64,000 nucleotides of DNA from assembly GCA_963693365.1 (NCBI GenBank), contig CAVNZM010000011.1, forward strand, positions 1,782,989-1,846,988, read 5' to 3'. The notes beneath the pieces are model-generated. The model was not told where the DNA came from. It searched no databases and saw nothing but the letters and a program-made list of their open reading frames with translations. The position numbers were made by a program, and so were the translations under genes. Positions 32,653 through 56,457 of the stretch are shown piece by piece. Source of the stretch: Amoebidium appalachense. Taxonomy: Eukaryota > Protista > Ichthyosporea. Every line of letters begins with the position of its first letter. Within the stretch, counting starts at the first letter, position 1.

Positions 32653-33030
32653 AAAAAAAAAAAAGAAAGAAAGAAAAGAAAAAAAAAGAAGAAGAAAAAA
32701 AAAAGAAAAAGAAAAAGGGAAAACATGGCCAGAAGTTGCAGCACTGCAGTGGAGGCCAGATCTCGAAGCAATGTATTGCCATTGCAAAAGCCCTCGTGCA
32801 CAAACCCGCCGTGCTTGGGAAAAAACCACCAGCGCGCATTGGATACCAACAGCGAGGCCGTCGTCCAATCAGCATGCAGCGATAATAACACCGACCGACT
32901 GTGCACGATGGTGGCCACTGTCCACCCTCTTATCACGATCAGAACCCAGATCTGATCGTGGTGGTACGTATTGCAGGGGCACACAGCTTCTTGCCCACAC
33001 AAGGAGCCCGGTTTTGTGTTTCATGCCCAA
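32325..33030 (+). pseudogene. Decayed ABCB (MDR/P-glycoprotein-type) ABC transporter, C-terminal nucleotide-binding domain
   Basis: Across frameshifts it reads SGGQISKQCIAIAKALVHKPAVL / TSALDTNSEAVVQSA..DR.CTMVA.VH.L.TI / QNPDLIVV, i.e. the signature, D-loop and H-loop of ABCB1 (SGGQKQRIAIARAL..P..L..DEATSALD.ESE.VVQ). The Walker B DE is lost. The upstream exon remnant LFDEVPKGHGKEVG..EK|gt is at 32350-32403; weaker remnants may extend to ~31550. Confidence 0.8.
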
Positions 33031-33462
33031 ATATTGAGTGTGGTGTCAATGCAGATTCTCTCATGCCCAAATAAGGAGCATGGTGTCAGGTCACAGTATT
33101 ATATTATCTGTTTCGCTGCGCTTGTAAGTTATTGTGTAGCGGGATGTATGGCCTATACATTCTCTCTGCCAATATTTCTAGATAAGCAGCGCTCCCAGTA
33201 ATTTTGCATTTTCCGGGTCTTGTCTTGACTTAACTCCTGCCGTAAGAGTATGCATTTCAGCCACATATACAGGTAGATTTAATTCACTAAGTAAATATTA
33301 ACGCTTGCCCCTCCGCGACTTCACGTAATTTTCAACCTCTGCCCCTCCTCTCTCTCCCTTGAAGCAGAACCTCGATTATATTACACATGCTATCCTGAAC
33401 AGACCAGGACTCCTGCACGGTGTGTGTGTGACTGTATGTGTGTGTGTGTGTGTGTGTGACGG

Positions 33463-33574
<112 letters not shown>

Positions 33575-33599
33575 TGGACTCAACGGTTACGGGACTTGG

Positions 33600-33661
<62 letters not shown>

Positions 33662-33789
33662 TGGGAGGAGAGGAGGAGGCCTGGGGGAAGGGGGGGGAGG
33701 GGGGGGGGGGGGGGTTGGACAATAAAGGTAATAATATTAGGAACGTTTACGGCATTCCAACCTGAAGACTGTCCATTATATAATATCCT

Positions 33790-33821
<32 letters not shown>

Positions 33822-35973
33822 CCCTCCCCCCAGGCCACCCACCCACCCACCCACCCACCCGCCCACGTGCACCCACCCACCCACCCACCCACCCACCCAC
33901 CACCACCACGGTGACCACCACCACCACCACCACCAGGTTTGAGTTATTCAATGATACAATGGCCATATGAATACAAGTATGCATAAGTATTGGTTTATAT
34001 TGCTTATTCGGTTGCTCCCCTTCTGCACTTTCCCATTGGGGGGTCTCGTGTAAGTGTACCAGCATGTCTAAGCTCACACAATGAGTTTAGGAGATAACAA
34101 AGAGATATGTGGATGAATATATCTCCAGGGATTGTGCTAGGGAGATCCATGTGACGGTTTCGCCATATTTGGAACCACGCATTTGATCTGATTGGTTCTT
34201 ATTTGTCTTGGTGGGCAATTCAAATTTGAGGACACTGGTCAAAGCCGCAGCCCATTTCATGTTTTCCTTTCACACACACAACACGCACACTTATGCGTGT
34301 AAACAAAACACACTCCCGTGGCTTTTCCCCTCCTTCCCTTCTTCCCCTTTCTTTCCAACCTCCTTATTGCAAGGCCTAATTGTCACTTACTACTTCAGCG
34401 TTTGTGTTTTGGCCATTTTCGCCGCCCTCTGTCCTCATCTTAAGATAATCCCATCCTCGTTTCTCTCCCGTCTGCTTGCCAACGGTAACCTGAAACCCAG
34501 TTATGCCGTTTAAGCTTTGCGAAAGCTGCAGTACTTTTGAGGTGCAGCAGCAACTGCATTTACTTCTGTTTCTCTATAGTACGTTCTGAACTCCCTTGTC
34601 CGGGTTACCAACGACAGTCCTTGAAGGTAAACACCCAACAAGCAACTGCCCCTCTCACACTCCCAAGTACATGCCTTCCCCATATCCATACCTCAATTGG
34701 GGTTTACCACCTTCAAGGTAGTGGTTTATGTCCTTGGTGAGCAAGAAGCGTAATGAGCTTTAATAACATGTTTGTATAAGCAACTTGACATAGCACAAAG
34801 CTAAGCAGCCAACACCTGAACACCCAAGCAGAGGTTGGGATAACCGTTACCCAACGGGTTAAAGCCTTCCTGACCTGTCTCTTTACAGAACCCTGTGTTT
34901 AATTGCTTTGAAAAAGGTCTTGTAATTGCACGCACAAATAGGTATCAGGGGTTGAAGCCTAAAAACGACAGCTGATTCTTTTACGAAAGGGCCAACGTGT
35001 ACACACACTCTGCTTGATCTCTACTGTGTTTTCTTGCAAGGAAATGCTGAAAGATGTGGGAAACGAGAATGTGTGCAAGGGTATAGACACGTAAGCCTAT
35101 GCCTTTATTCAGTAAAATGAGTCTGTGAGTGCTTGTAGGTGCGCACATGTTGGGCATGTATACAATCTTGAGAGTAACAAAAAGGACCTTTGGCTGTGGG
35201 GCAAACTCAAAAAGATACACATAGATGCTCAACAGCGATTGTGAGGTTAGTCATATGGGGTGTGCTTACTTTTTTCATAGGTGTAGAGGGTAAGGGGGTG
35301 GAGGTGAGGTTTCAAGAATATCCCCCCCCCCCCCCCCCCCCCCTCTTTTTTTTTTTTTTTTGTTTCCACCCCATCAAACCAGCACGTACAGATATGTGCT
35401 TAAAGGTTTACATTGAGTGCATCAACGGGGTTGACAGGTGTCTGTTTGTTTGTGAGCTTATAGGATAGGATGGTTCCCAAAAGGGGAAACCGGATGGGAT
35501 TGGAAGAGGAGGGGATGGAGGGTGGGGGGGAAGACTGAGGGGGAGGAATGGGATTAGCAGTCAGTCAAGGTTTTCCCCCTTTTTATCTTTTTTTGGTTTC
35601 TATGCTTGCTTATAGCCTTCTTAATTTGTCTGACTGGCACATCAACCACTACCCATCTGATATCATAATATAACATAATCCTTATAACCATAACCAATTA
35701 TTGAAGGGGGGGGGGGATGGGGGGCGTGTTCCCTACCCATCCAGGTTATTCTCCGAGTTGCCCCCCTTCCCCCCCTTGCAAACCCAAATCCCCCTTGTCC
35801 GGGAGGAAAAAAATGTCTAATGCGCTTGATTGCGCTAATCACTGAAATGACTCGTTGGCTGGCCTCTTTTTTTTTTTTTTTTTTTTTTTCCCTCTTTGAG
35901 AGGAGACACCCTCTTTTAGTGTCTTACATACATCTCAGTGACTCACTCATATTTATAAATTTAAATCCGCAGA

Positions 35974-43234
<7,261 letters not shown>

Positions 43235-43435
43235 GTGACCAGAACACGGCGGAACTCTCCAGAACACTCACACTGGTAGTTGATATTTGATAGACACCAT
43301 TACCGTCTTGAAAGTTTCCTCGCATTGTCATACCGAGCACAACAGTAACATGCATAATGCAAAGGGAATTGTTTAGAGTGTTTGATGTTAAATTAGCAGA
43401 CTAGTAGCCCGTGTGACCTAAACTCACAAAAACAT

Positions 43436-43590
43436 CCAATCAGAACGCAGAGAGTGCCAAGGCAACCAATCGGAAATCGTCCGGACCACAGCCAACCAAT
43501 GCCAGCTTTGTCCCCCTCAACCTGCAAGCAACCGGTACCTATCGAAAATAACTAAATACGGTTCGTTGCCTTGCCTGTTGTCTATGATAC
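43436..43590 (+). promoter_or_regulatory. Three CCAAT boxes at exact 30-bp spacing plus an RFX X-box-like palindrome
   Basis: CCAAT at 43436, 43466 and 43496; GTTGTCTATGATAC at ~43577-43590. Confidence 0.35.
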
Positions 43591-45353
43591 TTCTTGTTGG
43601 TAGCAAGTTAGGCATCATGGGAGCTGTCTACTTTTAGAAAACGGGAAGGGGCTCTCTTTTTTTGCGTTTTTCTAGTTTTATCCCTTCTTCTTTTTCTTTT
43701 TCTTTTTCTTTTCCGTTTTTTCCAGTTTTATTCATCTCTATTTTTTTCGAACTTTTTTTTTTTTGGCCCTTTCTTTTTTGTTTTGTTTTGATTTGTTTCT
43801 CGTTGCTCGTTGCTCGTTGCTGGAAAAGGCAAGGGCCAGGGGGGTGGGTGGTGGTTGGGTGGGGTTGGCGAAGGGGGGGGGGGGGGGGGGGGAGGAGGCT
43901 GCAATGTTTGGATATGGCAAAGTATATGCACCACGAATGTAAGACCCAACGACCTACTGGATTGCCATGCACACTACCTAATTTACACGCACAGACGAAC
44001 ATGTACAGCCACAGATAGCAAGGGAGGGAAATTGCTTCAGAAGATAGCAGGCATGAACGTAGCCATGCATAGTTGCTGTACACGTGCAGAAACCCATGCG
44101 TGTATTAACGTACCAGTTCTTGTTAGTAGGTTATGTTAGAAGTGTTGCCTTGCACAAGCACCAATTCTGACACACATACGTACACACAGACACACACACA
44201 CACACACAGAGTGAGCGAGAGAGAGAGACTTGCAGACATTGGATTTCACCTTCCACACATCCTAAGCACTTCTAAACATTTCCCGTACTGGTGGTGGTCA
44301 AAATGCAGTCACCCCACCCTTAATTAGATGTAAAACAGTTCTCGATGCCCGAATAATCGGGGCAAAGCAATACAAAAAAAAAAAAAAAACGTGCTCCAGA
44401 AGTCATGAGGAAGTCACCGTTTCTCAAAGCGCACCCTCACCCTCCGGAGCCTGTAGCACACACACGTTTGCATCTGCTTGTGGTACTAGTTGCACATGTA
44501 AGTGTAAGACCTGTCACAAGCACAAGAGTATCACCAGTGGTGTTTTCCACCGTGACACACGCACGTGGGCTGGCATGACGTGAGCCGTAGTGTATATACA
44601 CTGCATTTTATTCTTGTACCATGCATCATACGTGATAAAAACTATATCATCATCTTAGCGAATCTCAAGCAGGAGGTGGTGTTACTATTATAATTAACGT
44701 TATGACCCTGACCAAAACCAATCCTCCCCCCCCACCCCCAGTATACCGGTTTCCCCCACAAAAAAAAAACAAAAAAGAAATTAAAAACACATCAAACAAA
44801 AGCTACTCGAACTTAGCTGTGACAGACACCAATACATGCAGAAAGTATAGGTCAAATCATCGAATGAATTCGAATGCGCTACTATGTAACGCCATCAGTT
44901 GCTACATTCGCGCATTCTTTAATGGGTCTAACGGTTGTCCTGTCGAAGAGACCCTACAGAAACATGCAAAACTGCACGTGTGTGTCTGACCAAAAAAAAA
45001 AAGGGGGGGGTCTAGCCAGCAGTATAAAGACAGGGTCTTTAACGCTGGTGTTCGTGTGTGTGTCTTAGAAAATGTGATTTAGGTGTGTGCGTATGTGCCG
45101 CGGCAGGTGTGAAGGCCTTTGTGCTTTTGGCACGCACGTGTGACACTGTGTAGACGAAGTTCATCTGCGAGAGTTTAAAGTCTTGTTTGCGCCACATTGT
45201 GCAGGTGGCCGGTCATTGTGTCCAGGGATGCGTTGAAGCCTCTTCCAATGAAAAATCTCGGCAGTTCTCATTTACTCTGTGATATACGTAAACGTTCCTA
45301 CACTTTACACACAGTGAACATAGAAAAGCCATCACCGAAAACTCCTTGCTCCC

Positions 45354-45653
45354 TCACAGGTCGTCGTCATCGATAACAGTCTCATCACACTTCCAGTAGT
45401 GGCGACACTTCCTATTATAGTAGGTACTGATTGCACCCAGGTAGTCGCAGTAGTCACACCTATCCTTTAACTCAATTTTCAAAGTACGGTCGCAGAACTT
45501 GTTGCATGGTGCCCAGTCGGTCAGGTTTCGGAACGCTTCACAGGGCTGGCAGGGATAGCGCAGGCCGGCACGCCCACTCACCTCCAGCATGGTGATGGCT
45601 TGAACCACACAGAGGGACGGGAGAAGAGACGCGATAAGTGTAAGCGGTTGCAT
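45354..45653 (-). CDS. Small secreted cysteine-rich protein (99 aa), intronless, family unrecognised
   Basis: ATG at 45653; hydrophobic signal peptide MQPLTLIASLLPSLCVVQA; mature part has 8 Cys as two CxxC-x11-13-C-x3-5-C modules; acidic tail DDDDL; high-complexity sequence free of microsatellites. Confidence 0.7.
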   Translation of the reverse strand: MQPLTLIASLLPSLCVVQAITMLEVSGRAGLRYPCQPCEAFRNLTDWAPCNKFCDRTLKIELKDRCDYCDYLGAISTYYNRKCRHYWKCDETVIDDDDL

Positions 45654-46530
45654 ACTGATGTAGCGTGGCACACGTTTGAGATGTGACTGTAAATATGAAT
45701 TTGTGGATAGTTTCTAAAACTTAGACGGAGTTGGTGGTGGCGAGTCTTCCAGTTAGTGTGTGCGCGAAGTAATTGCTGAGAGAGCGTGAGTAGCTGCTCA
45801 GTATGTCTTTTGAATGGGTCCTGTCTTATCCACCATAAGAGGTATTCTTATCCGTTATCGCTAAATTTGACACGAGGAAATGACTCTCTTTTTGGAGTCA
45901 TTAGGAGCGTTCAGGACACCGAAGAAGTGAGTTTCTTGCGCATGCCTGAGTGTTTCACAACTTCTGCAGTGTCTCAGTCGGAGCCAGTCGCATGTGTTGC
46001 GACCACATTCCAAAGGATATAAAGGCTGCATGCGGTTGGCTCGCTTTTACTGCGAGAAGAATTTATGATTGGCTACTTGATTGAGCAGGATTGTCCGCTT
46101 AGATCATCTGTGACCCCGTTGCCCTTCCCTGGCACTCCGCCCAAAAAAACCCAAGCCCTATCTATTCATTATACTTTAGCACGCCATTGTTATTAAAGCA
46201 GTTGAAGAACATACGACATCCAAAAAAACAAATATATATAAATATTTTATACTAAAAGACTCTATAACTGGCTTATTATTTGTTTGTAATTTTTTCAACA
46301 AATCTAAGCACAATCTTTCGCTCATGGCCAGAATTTGATGACTGGTGGTCACGGGAGATCGGAGGCTCACCACTTCGGAAGCTTTTTTTCCATTTTTTTT
46401 TTTTTTTTTTTTCGCAGCGCGACCAAACGAAAATTCGTCAAACCCTGTCACTCTGCCCGCACGCCCTAGTCTTCACCTTCCACCCTCCGCCCCCCAAAAA
46501 CACCCCCCCTTCCAAACTTGAACCACCACC

Positions 46531-50762
<4,232 letters not shown>

Positions 50763-50921
50763 TTATCCAAGTATATCTAAATAATGGTTGGATATGTTGG
50801 GAGTGGCCCCACGTGTGTTCGTGGTAGTAAATGTGAGCTTGTGTGACACTACCAGTGGTTCGGTCCTTTTCTGGGTTGGGTGGGGGTGGGGGGGGTGGGT
50901 GGGTGGGTTATGGTTAGGTGT

Positions 50922-50969
<48 letters not shown>

Positions 50970-52723
50970 TTTATACACGTGTACATGTAATGCTGCCAGT
51001 AGTGATATTTATTAGCGCTTTCGGCGTTTCTATTCTATTAAACACAATGAATATATTAGTTCAAAGTTTTGTTGCTGCAAATATTAGGTCGTCTGTAACA
51101 ACCACTGGTTCTTTGTGGCCCCAAACGTAATCGTGCTTATCATCTAATAGTATCCATCTGCACGAATAAAGACACCGTGTTTTGTATATCATATGATATA
51201 TATATATATATAGAGCGTTTTTGGAGAACGTTTGTGGTCAGAAATTGTGCAATCGTGTCCTTTGATTCATGCAGGTCATGTCAGAAAGAATACAGAGGAC
51301 GACCGGTGCATGCAGTGATTCGATGTGGTCACCCACGCTGGCAGGCAGGCTGTGGTGGTTGGTGGTGGTGGTGGTGTGCCAGTGGTGGTGGTGTGCCAGT
51401 GGTGGTGGTGGCCGGGGGGGGAAAGGGGGCGGGGGGGGGGGGGGGCTCAGAGAGATTTGGCACTTGCATGCAATGTCCGCAAATGTGTGCACGTGATTAT
51501 GTGGCACTGTGTGGCTGCGTACGTGCAACATATGCATGGTCAGAGGGAGTGTGACGTCAACACCTGTGCATACGGCACGGTGTACGTACTTGCGTGCATG
51601 GTGGATCTACTTATGCATGCACGTGGATGACCGGGCTACTTGTATGCATTATGTTCACACATATACATGCACATGCAAGCGCTTGTCCCCATGTCTCATG
51701 TTTATGAAAGTGCACAACAAAGTCTGCAATGCCTCAGCTGATTTATTTGTTGGCAACATCAGAATCCAGTTCTCTGTAACAGTTTCTAATGTACATACAT
51801 GTAGCAAGCACGATCATCATCTACGGCACATACCAAGATCGAACAATCTCTAGCATGAAGACACACATACAGCGGCAGTATATCACATCACCCATTACAC
51901 ACAAACAAAGCACACACACCCTCATCGGAGGGGTGGTGACAGACCTACGATATGCTTGTAGAGAGAGATATATAACCTCAAGGGAAGGCTTGGATAGTCA
52001 AATAATTTAATTATAATCCGCTATTCAAGCTGCAAACAAGATGATCAACCCAAAAATATTATCCCAATACTGGGATATTCACAACCTAATCACCCTCAGC
52101 AATCTGGCATCAAAACACTAACCACAGAATCTCAGTATCAACCAATCTCAGCATCGTGGGTCTGCATATCGCAGGCGGGATAAAACCGGCCGAGATACAC
52201 CCGTAGCAAACACACCCTCAGAAACTGCACATGCGCGATTAAAAATCTTCATACGCCTAGATATTACCCCCTAAATTTCACACGTCTGAATATCGGTCAG
52301 TACTAACCGGAAGTTGGGGAGCCGAGGTCTAATTTCTTGCCAAGATGGCCTAGGTTTTCCATTCGCCGGTTATTAAGATTATTGTAAACACTGCAACTAT
52401 CAACAACAAACAGGCTAAATCTCCATAAATCCCCCCCTTTTCAGGCCAATATTGCTATTAGGTGCACAGAAACAGAAGCAGAAACAAATCAGTCTAACGA
52501 ACCAAGCCTTAGCATTTTCCCACCATTCACGGTTGGGTAAAGGGGAGCCGCTTGCGCAAAAGGTCGTGTGTGTATGCGTGTGTGCGTGCGCGCGCGTGTC
52601 TCTGTCTGCCGTGTGTGTACAACCCCTTTCCCTTTCACTGGTGTGTGTGTAAACCGCTCATGTCACAACCACAACCTCCATCTAAACAAAAACAAATCCC
52701 TGTCACATGGTACATCTCAACAG

Positions 52724-52761
<38 letters not shown>

Positions 52762-52783
52762 CCCTCCCCCCCTCTCCCTTTCT

Positions 52784-53842
52784 TCATTCCTCCCCGTGCG
52801 CAACCGGGCTCTTACTCAGCAGTCTGCGCCTTCCCCCCTTGCGAAACCGAACCCCACAGGCGTTGCACAGAAATGGATAGTCGGGAGGGCCTGGCCGGAA
52901 TCTGGGCGTGTCCCCCTCCCCGGCTTTGCAGTAATCGCAGACCCGGTTTTCCATATTAAGACATGGGGCCGTAAACTTCCACTGATTGTCAACATAGATG
53001 GGGCCCATCGAGCCTGCATGATGGAAGAGGCGGGGGGGAGGAGGGGGGGGGGGGGGATTAGGTTAAAATGCAGTCCAAGTAGTGTCCACGCATCAAACAA
53101 CAGCCACCCATTCAACCTTCGAGGAGAGGAGATTACACCATGAAACGTAATTGAGACAGCCAGGGAATTCCACCGAAAGAGCACATGACGTGATGCAGTA
53201 TGCCGACTTATCAGTAGCAGATGCATATCGAGGGGACAGGCAGAGGAAGGCAGAAGGCATGCACACAGTACGCATGCACACAGTACGTAGACACACAGAA
53301 GTACCCATGCACACAGTACACATGCACACAGTACGCTTGCACACACCACCCTGCACACAGTAGGCATACACACAGTACGAATGCACCCAGTACACATGCA
53401 CCCAGTACATACTTGAGCTGAGCCTCCTGAGCTCGCTGGTGTCCGGGTCGCTCTCCGTCTCATCATCCTCCTCCGTGGGCAAAGAGACAAAACTGTCGGC
53501 CGTCAGTTGCATTGCCAGGACCTCCTCCTCACTCAGCCCAAGCCGATGCTCATCACCTTCTATATATGGTAATTGGGTTAGTTAGAGCTCAGCCAATAGA
53601 GTCTTCGACACAACGACATGGAATTGGTTATAGAGCCCCGGTTTTCGAGACTTGTCTACGCGTGCAAGTGTGTGTGGTGTGTGTCTCTGCACACTCTACC
53701 ATGTTCAACAGCTTCCATTCTGCAGATGGGTTTCACCGTGTGCTTGCGCGGGCTGGTGGGCAAGGGGGGGAGGAGGGGGGGGATTAGGAAAAAGGGAAAG
53801 AGGGGAGGGCAAAAGAAGGGAGGGAGGTGAGGGGAGTGAGGT

Positions 53843-53879
<37 letters not shown>

Positions 53880-56245
53880 GTAGTTGGGGGCACCCACCCT
53901 TCTTTTGCTCAGTCATCGACAGTCTCCTCCCCATGTTCTCCTCTGCGCTCTGGGGGGACCCCACCGATCCGTTCATCCGATTGGCTATGACGCTAGCCCA
54001 TGTCTCCTCCGGTTTCCCATTGGTGCGTGAGATGGACAATGCTCGAATCCTACTGGTGGGTGGAACGGTGCGGATGCCATTTTTGGGCACCAGAATGCCC
54101 CCTTCAGAGGACGGCGGGGAAACAAGCGCCGAATCGGGAGACGATCCCCCCATACCCCCATTCTTGTACTCTCCATTGGACCCCACTCCTACCAAATTCT
54201 GCTTTGAGCTTGTGCGCCTACCCCTCTGTGTGGGGGTCTTTTCCTTGGTGGCGGCTTTGTCCGTTTGCTGCAGTCCCCCTAGCTTGCTGTCCCTCCTGGC
54301 CCTCTTCCCCCCAGACGAAGGGAGTGCCTCAAGCTCACTCTCTGCCTTTCTCCTCACCTGCGAATTTCGCCTCTTCCCGCTCCCGGCACCCCCGTTTTCC
54401 GCTCCGTCGCCATTGACCGAGGCCACCGACCCCCTCCTTGATCCCCCCAGACTCCCAGTCGAACCGGGGTTTCCCAGGGTCCCCTTCTTGCGATATCTGA
54501 CTCCACATGCGTTGCACAGGGTTGGGTAATTCTTCGGCCCTTGGCGAAACTGGGGGGTCTCAGACTCACCCGCGCCACAGAAATCGCACACGCGACCCCT
54601 CTCCCCTGCCCTCTGGGGGGATTTTTCCTCCTCCCCCTCGTCCTCGTCATCTGCATTTTCCGAATCCGAATCGGCCGCCTTCAAATCCGTTTTGGAATCA
54701 GATCGGCCCGATTTGGTCGGAATCGGATCAAGCCGGGATTCGCCTTCTGGTGACTTCGCAGGCTCTGGCGTATCATCTGCGGGCGGCGGGGGTAGCTCCT
54801 GCCACGTGTCTGTGTGTGTGTGGATGGGGAGGGGGAGAGAGGGGGGTGGGGGGGGGGGGTTAGTGCGTGTTACAGAGCACAAGCATCTACTACAGAGACC
54901 ACAGATGATGCAAGAAAAGAGCACACACACGGAGCACAGTCCATCGACAGGGGTCGGGTAGAATCCATGCAACCCAGATGGTGATACAGAGGTCACAAAG
55001 TCATCCGGACATATAGCAATTGCAATATAGCAAATGAGGTCCCCTAGGCCTCAAACGATGAAATTGACAGCTAGCGAGTAGTGGTTTGAGACCAAAGTGA
55101 CATTTAACCTCAGGATATCTAATTTGCTGCCAGCTAAGGGATAATGTGAGACGAGAAATACCTGGGATAGCATAGCCATTTGCGCTGCACCACTCGAGGA
55201 GAAAACGCTGCGTCGCACTGTGGCCGCGGGACTCGGCAATATGGTATGCCTGTGTGTTTGTGTGTATGTGTGTTAGTGTGTTATGTTCGTGTGTGTGTGT
55301 TTTCGTGCATATGTGTGGAGGTGTGCCGACACGGATGGTGTGCTTGTGCACGAAGGTACGAAACAACAGCACGATTAGACAAACACACCGGCGGACAGTT
55401 CAACACAGGGCAGACGATATAAAACAGCAAACGACCAAGCACCTGGTCGGGAAGTTGGTCACTAACACGGTAGTTTACACTATGACTGCAGGCAGTGATG
55501 GTGGGAGCATGAATGTGTTACGATGTAACAATTTTCCAGAGACACATAAACAAAAAAAAACACTTAGTCTTTAGAAAGAGGCAACACAGACCCATACCAA
55601 TTCAATGAGTACACACTCACGACAGATAACATATGACAAATCTTGCATAAAACAGCAAGCACAAATAGTATGACTCCCAAGTGGTGGTGGTGGTGGTGGT
55701 GGTGGTGGGGTTGGGGGGGGGATGCATACGGAAGCATTTTTGTCGTTTGGAGCAAACACGTCGGCGCCAAACTTGCACAGCAACTTGAGCGCATCAACAT
55801 TGCCGGTCTCTGCAGCCCAGTGCACACCACTCCACCCTGCCAGCCAATGAAATACGTTAGTTAAAATGGCCCATTGGCGGGTGCTGTAGAGAGGAATTCA
55901 CGTGCACTAGGACACACCGTTCACACAAATAAACCTTCGGGCACACATGCTGCCTCATCTTCTGTAAAACACACCGGCACACACAAATGTGCACGACAGA
56001 CAGCTGCAAGGAAATGAAACCAAAAGGAAACACGATGTATGCTCACACACACGAGCCATGCACACACTCAAAAATCAGTGTGTGACCGCCACTTTTTCGT
56101 GATACCCTGCCACCTCCTTTTCCTCCTTGTCTACACCATATTAATCAATACCCCCCCCCCCCCCCCCCCACCCAAAAAAAATTACAACTTCACAGTTGCG
56201 CAAGCACGCACACACACGAGAACCACAAACCACATACTATATCAG

Positions 56246-56289
<44 letters not shown>

Positions 56290-56457
56290 CACATCCCATA
56301 TCCTACTGTCCCGGCCACCGTATATCCCACCTGTGGTATCTTTAGCATCCGGGTTGGCTCCTGCCAGCAGCAGCCCCTCGAGGTTCTTTAAGCTGCCGTG
56401 CTGCTTAACGGCACTGATCAGTGCCCGAGGGCTCGGCTCCTTGCGGTCTGCACTCAT
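52784..56457 (-). CDS. Ankyrin-repeat protein with two GATA-type CX2CX20CX2C zinc fingers, 6 coding exons
   Basis: Exons 56457-56331, 55836-55730, 55249-55162, 54809-53898, 53559-53413 and 53013-52784 are all phase-compatible. Ankyrin motifs LLLAGANPDAKD..GWSGVHWAAETGNVDALKLLCKFGADV..SAYHIAESRGH. Fingers CDFC..TPQFRQGP..TLCNACGVRYRK and CDYC..TPRFRPGP..FLCNACGVRFRK. Confidence 0.9.
53259..53410. repeat. ~15-bp minisatellite (ATGCACACAGTAC-core) abutting a splice donor
   Basis: About eight imperfect copies immediately inside the intron that starts at 53412. Confidence 0.8.

Noticed and set aside
52969-52971. Apparent CGG acceptor for the last GATA exon, suggesting a GG-acceptor class
   Set aside because: A canonical phase-1 CAG acceptor exists at 53016-53014 and gives an open frame.
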